Origin: Candidatus Omnitrophota bacterium
GTDB taxonomy: Bacteria; Omnitrophota; Gorgyraeia; 2-02-FULL-51-18
Assembly (NCBI GenBank): GCA_945877765.1
Contig: CAMDWQ010000010.1
Span: 5,679-69,678, forward strand
Length of the DNA: 64,000 bases
Reading direction: 5' to 3'
In this document: positions 20,779 to 31,458 of the stretch, piece after piece
How the letters are laid out: each line of letters starts with the position of its first letter
Position numbering within the stretch: position 1 is the stretch's first letter
Made by a program: the position numbers and the translations under genes
The notes under the pieces: generated by a model
What the model saw: the letters and a program-made list of their open reading frames with translations, nothing else
Told to the model about the DNA's origin: nothing
The model's database searches: none

Positions 20779-20840
20779 AAGGGGGGTTGAAAATTAATTA
20801 GAATATGATAGAATATAAATGAAGCATAAGGAGGTCTCTC

Positions 20841-21083
20841 ATGTCGAAAGTGATTACGTTGAGGTTAAGTGATGAAGAGTATGGGCGCATTTCCGCGACA
20901 GCTCTTGTGGAGCATCGGCCTATTTCAAATTTTATAACCGCTGTTGTTTTAAGAAAAATAGACGACTCTTCCTATACGGATGCGATTGAAACGGCTCAAA
21001 TCCATTCGGATAAGAAATTGATGGCAAAGCTCAAAGCGGGGCATGCGGATGCGCGCCGCCTGAAAGGGAAGTTTGCAGGCTAA
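20841..21083 (+). CDS. RHH antitoxin-like protein
   Basis: MSKVITLRLSDEEY; overlaps the downstream relE. Confidence 0.75.
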   Translation: MSKVITLRLSDEEYGRISATALVEHRPISNFITAVVLRKIDDSSYTDAIETAQIHSDKKLMAKLKAGHADARRLKGKFAG

Positions 21084-21354
21084 GTTTAGACTATTTGAGA
21101 CAGAGAGCTATCTTAAGGACTTAGAGAGCGATTTTGGCGGGAAGAGTTTTAAAATAAAATTAAAGCTTGCCGATGTTGTGTACTCTCAAATTCGTCAGAA
21201 TCCCTATTTTGGAAAAAATATCAAAAAGCTTCGAAACTATGAGCCCGAAACTTGGCGGTACCGTGTCGGTGATTTTAGGTTTTTTTATTCGATCGATGAT
21301 AGAGGCAAGACAATCTTAATGATTGCGGCTGACAACCGAGCGGACGCCTACTAG
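21073..21354 (+). CDS. RelE/ParE family toxin
   Basis: NPYFGKNIKKL...TWRYRVGDFRFFY. Confidence 0.85.
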   Translation: MQAKFRLFETESYLKDLESDFGGKSFKIKLKLADVVYSQIRQNPYFGKNIKKLRNYEPETWRYRVGDFRFFYSIDDRGKTILMIAADNRADAY

Positions 21355-21465
21355 CAATTTTATATGAGACGACCACATGATCGATGACCAGGTAGATTGG
21401 ACCCTTGAGTTCATTGATCAATCATTTCTTGCCAATCCAATCCTGGGTCATTAAAATGACCGAAT

Positions 21466-22815
21466 ATGAAATCCAAAGAATCCGAAACGCTTGAATTCAA
21501 AACCTCCACCTCTGAGCTCAAAGAAGCTGTTATTTCCATTTCCGCTATGCTCAACAAGCACGGTAAGGGCGAGCTCTACTTTGGAATCAAGGATGATGGC
21601 AGTGTTCTTGGGCAGATGATCGGCAGAAATACGATAAAAGATATCACCGAAGCCATTTCTGCGCACATCGAGCCCAAGATTTTTCCGCAGGTGAAAACAA
21701 AGAAAATCCAAGGCAAAGACTGCATCAAAGTCGAGTTTCATGGGAATCATCGGCCCTATTTTGCTTATGGCCGTGCTTACATGAGAGTCGGTGAATCGGA
21801 TAAGCAATTAAGCATCCAGGAGATGGAGGATCAGTTTGTCCGGAAAAATAAGATTTTTTGGGAGGAAGAAATCTCGAAAAAAAAGCTTTCAGACGTGAGT
21901 GTCAAAACCGTCAGAGAGTACATGCAAAAAGCCAATGCAGCCAAGCGTATTAATTTTAAGTATACCAATGTCAAAACAACGTTAAGTAAACTGGACCTTC
22001 TCAATCGAGGTCGCTTGACCCGTGCCGCCGAGATTCTGTTTTGCAATGAAAATTCGATGGAAGTCCAAGCCGCCGTTTTTGCCACGAACGATAAGATCAC
22101 CTTTATCGACATCCAGAAGTTTAGTGGAAATCTCTTCAGCCTGCGCACTCAATCGGAAGAATACATCAAGAAACATATCATGTGGCGTGCAGACATGAGC
22201 GAGAGCCGCCGCAAGGAAATCCCTGAAATCCCTGTCAGGGCATTTTCCGAAGCCATCGGGAATTCGCTTTGCCACAGGGATTATTCCAATCCTAAAGGTA
22301 ATGAGATTGCAATCTTTAAAGACAGAATTGAGATTTACAATCCAGGAAAGTTCCCTGAAGAAATTCACCTAGAAGATTTTTTTAAGGGCAAAGGACGCTC
22401 TATTCTACGCAATCCCCTGATTGCCGAAACCATGTACAAGTCCGAAGATATCGAAAAATGGGCAAGCGGGTTAAAACGAATTTACGATGAATGCCAAACC
22501 GCCGGGATACGAGTGGAGTTTGAATCAATCAGTACAGGATTTCTTCTGACTTTTCATCGGCCTAAGTGGGAACAGGGTGGCCAGAACAGGTTGGTAGAAG
22601 GGTTGGTAGATAGGTTGGTAGAAAAGTTGGCAGAAAACCAGAAGAAAATCATCAATCTGATAAAAAAGAATTCTTCTGTTTCCAAGAAAGAACTGTCGAA
22701 TAAAATTGGCATCAGCACCACCGCCATTGACAAAAATATCGATCAATTAAAGAAAAAAGGTTTACTCAGCCGGGTTGGCCCTGACAAAGGCGGTCATTGG
22801 GAGCTTTTGAAATGA
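21466..22815 (+). CDS. AlbA_2 (Schlafen-like) / HATPase-like / wHTH protein
   Basis: ESETLEFKTS..SAMLNKHGKGELYFGIKDDG; EAIGNSLCHRDY; RNPLIAE; C-terminal HTH ending RVGPDKGGHWE. Confidence 0.85.
   Translation: MKSKESETLEFKTSTSELKEAVISISAMLNKHGKGELYFGIKDDGSVLGQMIGRNTIKDITEAISAHIEPKIFPQVKTKKIQGKDCIKVEFHGNHRPYFAYGRAYMRVGESDKQLSIQEMEDQFVRKNKIFWEEEISKKKLSDVSVKTVREYMQKANAAKRINFKYTNVKTTLSKLDLLNRGRLTRAAEILFCNENSMEVQAAVFATNDKITFIDIQKFSGNLFSLRTQSEEYIKKHIMWRADMSESRRKEIPEIPVRAFSEAIGNSLCHRDYSNPKGNEIAIFKDRIEIYNPGKFPEEIHLEDFFKGKGRSILRNPLIAETMYKSEDIEKWASGLKRIYDECQTAGIRVEFESISTGFLLTFHRPKWEQGGQNRLVEGLVDRLVEKLAENQKKIINLIKKNSSVSKKELSNKIGISTTAIDKNIDQLKKKGLLSRVGPDKGGHWELLK
22588..22635 (+). repeat. 4 x 12-bp in-frame tandem repeat (RLVE/GLVD/RLVE/KLAE)
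   Basis: aggttggtagaa-gggttggtagat-aggttggtagaa-aagttggcagaa. Confidence 0.85.
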
Positions 22816-22846
22816 GGTACACTTTGGAAAGGGCCCTAGAGCTCAT

Positions 22847-22875
22847 TTGACACCCGCCATGCCTGCGTCTATAAT
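22847..22875 (+). promoter_or_regulatory. Consensus sigma70 promoter of the gap operon
   Basis: TTGACA-17 nt-TATAAT. Confidence 0.85.
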
Positions 22876-22895
22876 AAGAGGCTAAATTTTAAACA

Positions 22896-22967
22896 TGTCA
22901 TTCCCGAAAGTTTTGATCGGGAATCAAACCTAGACGTGATCCCCGATTAAGGATTTCGGGGACGACA
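22896..22967. repeat. Family-1 palindromic doublet
   Basis: tgtcattcccgaaag..tcgggaatc / gatccccgattaaggatttcggggacgaca. Confidence 0.9.
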
Positions 22968-22987
22968 CTATAAGGACATTTTTGTAA

Positions 22988-24067
<1,080 letters not shown>

Positions 24068-24068
24068 C

Positions 24069-25271
24069 TTGAAAAAAACCATTCGCGATTTTAATCTAAA
24101 GGGAAAACGTGTTCTTATCCGCGTGGATTTTAATGTCCCGCTGGACAAAGAACTGCGCATTACCGATGACAATCGAATTCAAGCCTCGCTTCCAACGATT
24201 CAGCATGCGCTGGAGCAGGGCGCGTATGTTATTTTGATGAGCCATTTGGGGCGCCCTGAAGGAAAGCAAGTTTCGTCGATGAGCCTGACTCCTGCGTCGA
24301 AAAGGCTATCGGAGTTGATTGGAAAAAATGTGATTCAATGCTCTGATTGCGTGGGTGCGCGCGTGAAGGAGGAGCTGAAGGTTTTGGACGCCGAGTCTCC
24401 TGTGGCGGTGCTTGAAAATCTACGCTTTTCTCCTCTGGAAGAAAAAAACGACGCTGAGTTTGCAAGGCAGTTGGCTGAAAACGGGGACATTTACATTAAT
24501 GACGCGTTTGGTTCAAGTCATCGCGCTCACGCCTCCATCGAAGCGATCACCAAATACCTTCCGTCTGGCGCTGGGTTTTTATTGAGCAAAGAAATCGAAT
24601 ATTTCGAAAAGGCTGTCTCTCATCCGGAACGTCCCTATATTACGATTCTCGGCGGTGCTAAAGTAACGGATAAAATCAAACTCATCTTGAGTCTCATGGA
24701 TCGAGCGGATACGATATTGATCGGTGGGGCTATGGCGTATACCTTTTACCGCGTCATGGGAATCAAAATTGGAAATTCGAAGTTTGAGGAAAAAGGTCTT
24801 CCGTTTGCTGAAGAAATTTTAAAAAAAGCCAAAATTAAAAATACGGACATCCAATTTCCTGTGGATCGCGTCATTTCTCAGGAGTTTAAGGAAAACGCGG
24901 TTTCAAGGATTGTCGAAGGTGATATTCCTGACGGCTGGATGGGAATGGATATTGGACCCAAAACCGTTGCTAAATATAAAGACACCCTTTCCAAAGCCAA
25001 GCTGATTGTCTGGAACGGCCCCATGGGTGTATTTGAGATGCGGCCTTTTGACAATGGGACTCGCGCGCTCATGGAGCATGTTGCCTCTTTGACGGGAAAA
25101 GTAACGACGATTATCGGCGGCGGCGACACAGCGGCGGCTGCAGCTCATTTCCATTTAGAAGACAAGATGTCGCATGTTTCGACCGGCGGCGGCGCCTCTT
25201 TGGAATACCTGGAAGGGACTCCTCTTCCTGGCGTTGTGGCCTTGGAAGATAAGGAAAAAGTTCATGCGTAA
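24069..25271 (+). CDS. pgk: Phosphoglycerate kinase
   Basis: [33 protein letters not shown]. Confidence 0.98.
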   Translation: MKKTIRDFNLKGKRVLIRVDFNVPLDKELRITDDNRIQASLPTIQHALEQGAYVILMSHLGRPEGKQVSSMSLTPASKRLSELIGKNVIQCSDCVGARVKEELKVLDAESPVAVLENLRFSPLEEKNDAEFARQLAENGDIYINDAFGSSHRAHASIEAITKYLPSGAGFLLSKEIEYFEKAVSHPERPYITILGGAKVTDKIKLILSLMDRADTILIGGAMAYTFYRVMGIKIGNSKFEEKGLPFAEEILKKAKIKNTDIQFPVDRVISQEFKENAVSRIVEGDIPDGWMGMDIGPKTVAKYKDTLSKAKLIVWNGPMGVFEMRPFDNGTRALMEHVASLTGKVTTIIGGGDTAAAAAHFHLEDKMSHVSTGGGASLEYLEGTPLPGVVALEDKEKVHA

Positions 25272-26034
25272 ACCGATTATTGCCGGTAACTGGAAATTAA
25301 ATAAGACAATCAATGAAGCGGCGCAATTGGTGACGCTTTTAAAGCGGCAAATCCCTGATACTCAGCACGTGGATGTGGTGATTTGTCCGGTGGTCACCGC
25401 CCTTGCGGCCGTGTCGGAAATTTTGATTGATTCGGATATTCAACTGGGTGCCCAGGATTTGTACTGGGAGGAGAAGGGGGCTTTTACCGGTCAGGTTTCC
25501 GGAAGTCTTCTAAAGGACGCGGGGGCCAAGTATGTCATCGTTGGCCACTCAGAAAGGCGTCAGTTTTTTAATGAAACTCATGAGACAGTAAATAAGAAGG
25601 CGAAGGCCGCGCTAAAGAATGGTTTGACGCCGATTGTATGTGTGGGCGAGATGCTGGCCGAAAGAGAAAGTCAGACGACGTTTCAAGTCATTGAGGCGCA
25701 ACTAAAAGGCGCTTTTGCAGGATTTTCAGCCGACGAGATGAGCCGGATTATTTTGGCGTACGAGCCGGTGTGGGCAATAGGGACGGGAAAAGTGGCAACG
25801 CCGGCCCAAGCCCAGGAAGTGCATTTATTTATTCGCAAAGAAATTTCAATACTATTTGGAGAAGAGGTCGCGCGCGGCATTCGTATTCAATACGGAGGCA
25901 GCGTGAAAGCGGACAATATTGCGGAGCTGATGAGGCAAGCGGATATTGATGGTGCGCTTGTCGGCGGCGCCAGTCTCGATGCCAATGGTTTTTCTGATAT
26001 CGTTAAAAACGCCCAAGTGGCGGCGTTAAAGTAA
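25264..26034 (+). CDS. tpiA: Triosephosphate isomerase
   Basis: [28 protein letters not shown]; true start 25264. Confidence 0.97.
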   Translation: MRKPIIAGNWKLNKTINEAAQLVTLLKRQIPDTQHVDVVICPVVTALAAVSEILIDSDIQLGAQDLYWEEKGAFTGQVSGSLLKDAGAKYVIVGHSERRQFFNETHETVNKKAKAALKNGLTPIVCVGEMLAERESQTTFQVIEAQLKGAFAGFSADEMSRIILAYEPVWAIGTGKVATPAQAQEVHLFIRKEISILFGEEVARGIRIQYGGSVKADNIAELMRQADIDGALVGGASLDANGFSDIVKNAQVAALK

Positions 26035-26044
26035 ATTGATGCAA

Positions 26045-26138
26045 CGTTATCCCCGAAATTTTTTATCGGGGATCATGCTTAGGTTTGATTCCCGATTAAA
26101 GCATTCGGGAATGACAGAGGAATGACAAAAGAATGACA
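26045..26138. repeat. Family-1 doublet plus two extra gaatgaca end copies
   Basis: cgttatccccgaaa..tcggggatc / gattcccg..ttcgggaatgaca-gaggaatgaca-aaagaatgaca. Confidence 0.88.
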
Positions 26139-26153
26139 ATAGAGGAGTTTTAA

Positions 26154-26543
26154 ATGTATATTTTTCTGATGATTGTCCATGTGTTTGTGTGTTTTGTGCT
26201 TATCGCAGTCGTTTTGTTGCAGGCAGGACGCGGCGGCGGATTTTCCGAAATGATGGGCGGTGCTCAGCCGCAGAGTATTTTTGGAACGCAAACCAATATG
26301 TTTATGACGCGTGCCACTGAAGTGTGCGCGGTTCTTTTTATCGTGACGTCGCTTTCGCTTGGAATTTTGTCAACCCAACGTGGTAAATCGCTCATGGCAA
26401 AAGGAATGGACTTAGACATCCTAAAGAAAACAAGCGCTATAATGCCGGCCCAGATTCCCGCGGCACCTGTTGCGTCCGCTCCAGTTGCTGTGGCGGCGGT
26501 TGCGACCACTTCACCGGCAGCAGCGGATGCTCCTAAAAGCTAA
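26154..26543 (+). CDS. secG: Preprotein translocase subunit SecG
   Basis: VVLLQAGRGGG, two TMs, follows tpiA. Confidence 0.93.
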   Translation: MYIFLMIVHVFVCFVLIAVVLLQAGRGGGFSEMMGGAQPQSIFGTQTNMFMTRATEVCAVLFIVTSLSLGILSTQRGKSLMAKGMDLDILKKTSAIMPAQIPAAPVASAPVAVAAVATTSPAAADAPKS

Positions 26544-28158
26544 AATTCGTCTGAAAAAAAATATTTTTGTATCCCCACCAACATTACTGGTGGGGATATT
26601 TTTTTTGACCGTCTCTCCCTGTCTGGCAGCCCCGGTGGAGGGGGACGCGTTTGTTACTTCTTCCATCAGCGAACCGTCAAACCTTATTCCTTTTTTGGCT
26701 TCCGACAGTGCCTCGCACGCGGTCACCGCGCTTATTTTTAATGGACTGGTCAAATACGATGAGAATTTAAAATTGATCGGAGACTTAGCCGAGCGGTGGG
26801 AAATCCAGGACGGCGGGCTGCGAATTCTATTTTATTTGCGTAAAAATGTGCGCTGGCAGGATGGTGAGCCGTTTACGGCTGAGGATGTGAAGTTTACTTA
26901 CCAGAAGCTGACAGATCCTGCCACACCAACTCCTTACGGCGGCGATTTTGAAAAAGTGAAGTCTTTGACGGTAGTAGACCCGTACACGATTGAAGTGATT
27001 TATAAAGAGACTTTTTCGCCGGGGCTTGCCAGCTGGTCGATGGGGATTGTGCCTAAGCATCTGTTGGAAAAAGAGAATCTACTCAAGACTGATTTTACAC
27101 GCCATCCGATAGGCACCGGACCTTATCGGTTAAAAAAATGGACAACGGGCCAGTCTTTGGAACTTTGGGCCAACGCCGATTATTTTGAGGGTAAACCGCC
27201 AATCAAACGCTATATCTATCGCATAATCCCTGATCAGACCACGAGCTTTTTGGAGCTGTCCGTGGGCAACATTGACATGGCGGCATTGACACCGCTTCAG
27301 CACCAAAAACAAACAGACACATTATTTTTCACAAAAAATTATCAGAAGTTTCGCTACCCTAGTTTTGGTTACTGTTACCTTGGCTATAATCTCAAACACC
27401 CATTTTTTTCTGATCAACGGGTGCGCAAGGCTCTGGGCTTAGCGGTCAATAAGAAGGAAATTATTGAAGCGTCCCTTTTGGGGCTTGGCAAAGTCTCGAC
27501 GGGTCCGTTTTTACCTGGGACTTGGGCATACAATCCCGATGTCCCTGAGGGCGTGTTTGATCCGGCGGCCGCGCGGACCCTCTTAAAAGAAGCGGGATTT
27601 ATCGCTGTCGGTCAGGACGGAATTCTTAGCCGAGACGGCAAAAAGTTTTCATTTACTGTTCTCACCAATCAAGGCAACGACCAGCGGAAAATGGCTTGCG
27701 AGATTATTCAAAAACGGCTCAGGGATGTGGGTGTCCAGATGGATATCAGGACCGTCGAGTGGGGGACTTTTTTAAAAGAGTTCATCGATAAGAGAAACTT
27801 TGATGCCGTGATGCTGGCGTGGCAGCTTTCGTATGACCCGGATATTTATGATATTTTTCATTCTTCCAAAACCAAACAGGGTGAGTTTAATTTTATCGGG
27901 TATAAAAACCAGGAAGTGGACGCGCTTCTGGATGAAGGCCGAAGGGAATTTGACGAAACGGTGCGCGCCAAGATTTATCATCGTATTCACCAAATCTTAA
28001 GTGATGACGAGCCTTATCTATTTCTTTATGTTCCTGAAGCGCTGCCTGTGGTGCACCGACGGTTTCAAGGGGTTCGGCAGGCGCCAAAAGGGGTTGGATT
28101 TAATTTCATTCATTGGTATGTGCCAAAGGATGAGCAAAAATATAAACTCAAAGCGTAA
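26527..28158 (+). CDS. oppA: Peptide ABC transporter substrate-binding protein (family 5)
   Basis: IFNGLVKYD, WQDGEPFTAEDVKFT, PIGTGPY; start uncertain. Confidence 0.9.
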   Translation: MLLKAKIRLKKNIFVSPPTLLVGIFFLTVSPCLAAPVEGDAFVTSSISEPSNLIPFLASDSASHAVTALIFNGLVKYDENLKLIGDLAERWEIQDGGLRILFYLRKNVRWQDGEPFTAEDVKFTYQKLTDPATPTPYGGDFEKVKSLTVVDPYTIEVIYKETFSPGLASWSMGIVPKHLLEKENLLKTDFTRHPIGTGPYRLKKWTTGQSLELWANADYFEGKPPIKRYIYRIIPDQTTSFLELSVGNIDMAALTPLQHQKQTDTLFFTKNYQKFRYPSFGYCYLGYNLKHPFFSDQRVRKALGLAVNKKEIIEASLLGLGKVSTGPFLPGTWAYNPDVPEGVFDPAAARTLLKEAGFIAVGQDGILSRDGKKFSFTVLTNQGNDQRKMACEIIQKRLRDVGVQMDIRTVEWGTFLKEFIDKRNFDAVMLAWQLSYDPDIYDIFHSSKTKQGEFNFIGYKNQEVDALLDEGRREFDETVRAKIYHRIHQILSDDEPYLFLYVPEALPVVHRRFQGVRQAPKGVGFNFIHWYVPKDEQKYKLKA

Positions 28159-28281
28159 TTTCCTCCCCTTACGAAGGGGAGGTGCCGGAGGCGGAGGGGT
28201 TGTGGGGGTTTACGTATGCTGTTGACGTGTCAACCACCCCGTCGCCTTCGGCACCACCCCTCCTTCGAAAGGAGGGGAAAG
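28157..28281. repeat. Family-2 palindromic element (about 125 bp), copy 1
   Basis: aatttcctccccttacgaaggggagg...cccctccttcgaaaggaggggaaag; near-identical to 35538-35663. Confidence 0.9.
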
Positions 28282-28313
28282 AGTGCTCAATTTTCCCCTC
28301 TATGGGATGAATA

Positions 28314-29294
28314 ATGACTAAATATTTTTTAAAAAAAACAGCAGGAACAGTACCACTTTTGATTGGGATCACCCTGATCACATTTTTGGTGATCCATCTG
28401 GCGCCGGGAAGCGCGGTGGATGCGAAGGCAAGTTTTAACCCGAAAATGACTGCTCAAGCCAAAGCCAAACTTGAAAGTCTTTATGGCCTTGACCGCCCGA
28501 TTCTTGTGCAATACGCCGACTGGATGGGGCGCTTGGTGCGGTGCGATTTTGGGACGTCATTTGTTGATGGGAAGCCCGTGACGGAGAAGATTTTACAAGC
28601 GGCTCCGGTCACGCTTGCGATTAACTTGGGTACCTTGCTGCTGATTCTTGTTCTTGGGATTCCGCTGGGCGTCTACGGCGCGGTTCGGGCGGGGACTCTT
28701 GGGGACAAGGTGCTAACGGTTGTCGTATTTGCTGGTTTTTCAGTGCCGACGTTTTGGCTGTCGTTGATTCTTATGTCCTTTTTTGGAGTGAGGCTTGGTT
28801 GGCTTCCAATTTCGGGGCTTCATTCGCTTTTTTATGACGAGATGGGGACGTGGCAGCAGTACTTGGATTTGGGGCGTCATTTGATCCTGCCTATTGGTGT
28901 AGCCGCTTTTACTTCTGTCGCGGGAATTTCGCGCTACGTGCGTAGCGGCATGATTCAGGTCCTAGAAAAGCCATATATCCGTACGGCGCGCGCGAAGGGG
29001 CTATCTCGAAATCGTGTGATTTATGGGCACGCCCTGCCCAATGTTTTTTTGCCGCTGATTACAATTTTAGGGCTTTCGATTCCGGGTCTTTTGGGGGGGA
29101 GCGTCATTTTTGAAACCATTTTTTCCGTGCCAGGAATGGGGCGTCTTTTTTTTGATTCTGTTTTTACGCGTGACTATCCGGTAATCATGGGGATTTTGAC
29201 TTTGGGCGCCTGCCTGACGCTTTTGGGAAATTTTCTGGCGGATATTGGCTATGCACTTGCGGACCCGCGGATCCGGGTGGGGGAGCATTCATGA
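28314..29294 (+). CDS. oppB: Peptide ABC transporter permease
   Basis: YGLDRPILVQY, YIRTARAKGL, RDYPVIMG. Confidence 0.93.
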   Translation: MTKYFLKKTAGTVPLLIGITLITFLVIHLAPGSAVDAKASFNPKMTAQAKAKLESLYGLDRPILVQYADWMGRLVRCDFGTSFVDGKPVTEKILQAAPVTLAINLGTLLLILVLGIPLGVYGAVRAGTLGDKVLTVVVFAGFSVPTFWLSLILMSFFGVRLGWLPISGLHSLFYDEMGTWQQYLDLGRHLILPIGVAAFTSVAGISRYVRSGMIQVLEKPYIRTARAKGLSRNRVIYGHALPNVFLPLITILGLSIPGLLGGSVIFETIFSVPGMGRLFFDSVFTRDYPVIMGILTLGACLTLLGNFLADIGYALADPRIRVGEHS

Positions 29295-30076
29295 AGGCGG
29301 CGATTATTTGGTTGGGGGCGATTTTACTGGCGGCGGTGGCGGCGCCCTTTTTTTTAAGTAGCGCGTCGCAATCGATGAATCTTTTAAGCCCGCTAGAAGC
29401 CCCTTCATTGCATCACTGGATGGGGACGGATCCGCTCGGGCGCGATCTTTTTTTTAGAATTTTGTGCGGCGCTCAAGTTTCTGTCGGTGTCGGGTTTGCG
29501 GCGGTTTTAATTGCTACTGTCATGGGGATTTTGATCGGGACGGTGGCTGGTTATTTCGGCAGCTGGGTGGATCGGATTTTAATGTCATTGACGGATGCGA
29601 TGCTTTGCTTTCCTGTTTTTTTTCTGATTCTGGCGGTCATCGCAATTCTTGGGCCTGGAATGATTCCCATTGTGGTAATTATCGGCGCCACCGGATGGAT
29701 GGGCACGGCACGATTGATTCGGGCGGAGATTTTAACTTTAAAACACCGCGAATTTGTCCTGGCGGCGCGCGCCTTTGGTGCCTCTAACCGCTGGATTCTT
29801 ACCCGACACCTAATTCCTAACGCGCTGGGCCCGGTGATTGTTCATGCGATTCTTGGTGTTTCGGCAGCCATTCTAACGGAGACAGCTCTGAGTTTCCTGG
29901 GAATTGGCGTGCAGCCGCCAACGCCCAGCTGGGGAAATATTTTGATGGATGGCAAAGCGACTCTTGGCAGTGCGTGGTGGATGATGCTTTTTCCGGGGCT
30001 TGTGATTTTCTTAACCGTATTGTCGGTCAATGTGCTGGGTGAGAAAATTTCCCATCAAATGCGGGGGAGCCGGTAG
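29291..30076 (+). CDS. oppC: Peptide ABC transporter permease
   Basis: HWMGTDPLGRD, EFVLAARAFGAS, LSFLGIGVQPPTPSWG. Confidence 0.93.
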   Translation: MKAAIIWLGAILLAAVAAPFFLSSASQSMNLLSPLEAPSLHHWMGTDPLGRDLFFRILCGAQVSVGVGFAAVLIATVMGILIGTVAGYFGSWVDRILMSLTDAMLCFPVFFLILAVIAILGPGMIPIVVIIGATGWMGTARLIRAEILTLKHREFVLAARAFGASNRWILTRHLIPNALGPVIVHAILGVSAAILTETALSFLGIGVQPPTPSWGNILMDGKATLGSAWWMMLFPGLVIFLTVLSVNVLGEKISHQMRGSR

Positions 30077-30975
30077 TGGAAGCAAAGCTGCCGATTCTTG
30101 AAGTTTTAAATTTAAGAGTTTCTTTTCAGGATCCCGTGAATCCTTCTCAAAAAATTGAAGCGGTCCGCGGTATCTCTTTTGAGGCGGCGGAGGGCTCTTT
30201 TACCGCCATCGTGGGAGAATCGGGGTCAGGGAAAAGTGTCACCAGTCTTGCTTTGACGCGTTTAACGCAAACAAAGGATGTGACCGGACAAGTTTTTTGG
30301 CGGGGGAGCCGCACCAAAAAGGATCTTTTGACTCTCAATGACAGTGAGCTTCTCGATGTTCGTGGAAAGGAAATCGCCTACGTATTTCAAGATCCCGCCT
30401 CATCTTTGAATCCTGTTTTGCGTGTGGGTCCTCAAATTGCTGAAGCCTATCGAGCCCATTTTGATGTCAGTCGTGACCATTCAAAAAATCGCGCACTGGA
30501 ATATCTGGAGGCTGTGCAGATGAAGGACGCTCTACGTGTCTATCAGAGCTATCCGCATGAGCTCTCCGGCGGTATGAGGCAGAGGGCGGCGATTGCCATG
30601 GCACTCATTGCCGAGCCGCGACTCTTGATTGCCGACGAGCCCACAACGGCTTTGGACGCCAACGTAGAAACAGAAATATTAAACCTTCTTTTGAAAATTA
30701 AGCGGGAAAGAAAACTAACCATTTTATTTATCACGCACAATATGGCTCACGCCTGTTCTTATTCGGATGTGATTTATGTGATGAATCAAGGAAAAATGAC
30801 TGAAAGACTCACGCCGAGTGCGGACGGTTTTCACCCGCGGACGGACTATGCCAAAAAACTATTTGCGGCGAGTTTTTGGAATGTGCCGCCAAAATCGATT
30901 CTTCCCTGTGTCAGTCCAAATGTCATTCCCGAAATCTTTAATCGGGAATCAAACCTTAAAACAAATCACCCATGA
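30076..30975 (+). CDS. oppD: Peptide ABC transporter ATPase
   Basis: GESGSGKS, ELSGGMRQR, DEPTTALD; last codons read through the family-1 repeat. Confidence 0.92.
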   Translation: MEAKLPILEVLNLRVSFQDPVNPSQKIEAVRGISFEAAEGSFTAIVGESGSGKSVTSLALTRLTQTKDVTGQVFWRGSRTKKDLLTLNDSELLDVRGKEIAYVFQDPASSLNPVLRVGPQIAEAYRAHFDVSRDHSKNRALEYLEAVQMKDALRVYQSYPHELSGGMRQRAAIAMALIAEPRLLIADEPTTALDANVETEILNLLLKIKRERKLTILFITHNMAHACSYSDVIYVMNQGKMTERLTPSADGFHPRTDYAKKLFAASFWNVPPKSILPCVSPNVIPEIFNRESNLKTNHP

Positions 30976-31292
30976 GAACTAAAAGTTATTACGTGTATAT
31001 CATGGCAAGCGAATCTATGACATTGTACATAGGGGTGACATCCGATCTAATTAAGCGTATGCATGAACATAGTAATGGGTTGGTGCAAGGTTTCACAAAG
31101 AAGCATGAGGTAAAGAAGCTTTTATATTATGAAATATTTTAAGATCCTAGAAGTGCGATCCTAAGAGAAAAAAAGCTTAAGAGATGGAATAGGGGTTGGA
31201 AGTTGAGCCTTATTCAGAAAATAAATCCAATGATGAAAGATTTATATGAAGAAGCTATGGTTTGATCCCCGATTAAAGATTTCGGGGATGAC
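30922..31292 (+). mobile_element. GIY-YIG gene bounded by 34-bp terminal inverted repeats of family 1
   Basis: Left gtcattcccgaaatctttaatcgggaatcaaacc (30922-30955); right ggtttgatccccgattaaagatttcggggatgac (31259-31292); 2 mismatches. Confidence 0.8.
30972..31265 (+). pseudogene. Small GIY-YIG nuclease (Ssn-like) with an internal TAA
   Basis: MRTKSYYVYIMAS..TLYIGVTSDLIKRMHEH..GFTKKHEVKKLLYYEIF*DPRSAILREKKLKRWNRGWKLSLIQKINPMMKDLY; stop at 31140-31142. Confidence 0.9.
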
Positions 31293-31303
31293 GGGGTGAA
31301 GGG

Positions 31304-31448
31304 TTCGGGGATGACACATTTAGAGTTTCGGGGATGACATCTTACTCCAACGTCATTCCCGAATGTACTTATCGGGAATCAAGCTTACGCAGCGTATGAT
31401 CCCCGATTAAAAATTTCGGGGATGACATGTTGTTGTTTTGGGGATGAT
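31304..31448. repeat. Family-1 cluster: end fragments plus a full doublet (31351-31427)
   Basis: ttcggggatgaca twice, then cgtcattcccgaatg..tcgggaatc / gatccccg..ttcggggatgaca. Confidence 0.88.
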
Positions 31449-31458
31449 GGGGGTGTTT

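Noticed and set aside
25174-25263. N-terminal extension of TpiA in the ORF track
   Set aside because: It overlaps pgk; the conserved start [11 protein letters not shown] begins at 25264.
31140-31142. Stop-codon reassignment explaining the TAA in the GIY-YIG gene
   Set aside because: TAA terminates many conserved genes here (rplN, rplX, rpmJ); a nonsense mutation or sequencing error is simpler.
31259-31448. Repeat cluster as a CRISPR array
   Set aside because: Units are inverted and partial with irregular short spacers, there are no cas genes, and they belong to the dispersed palindrome family.
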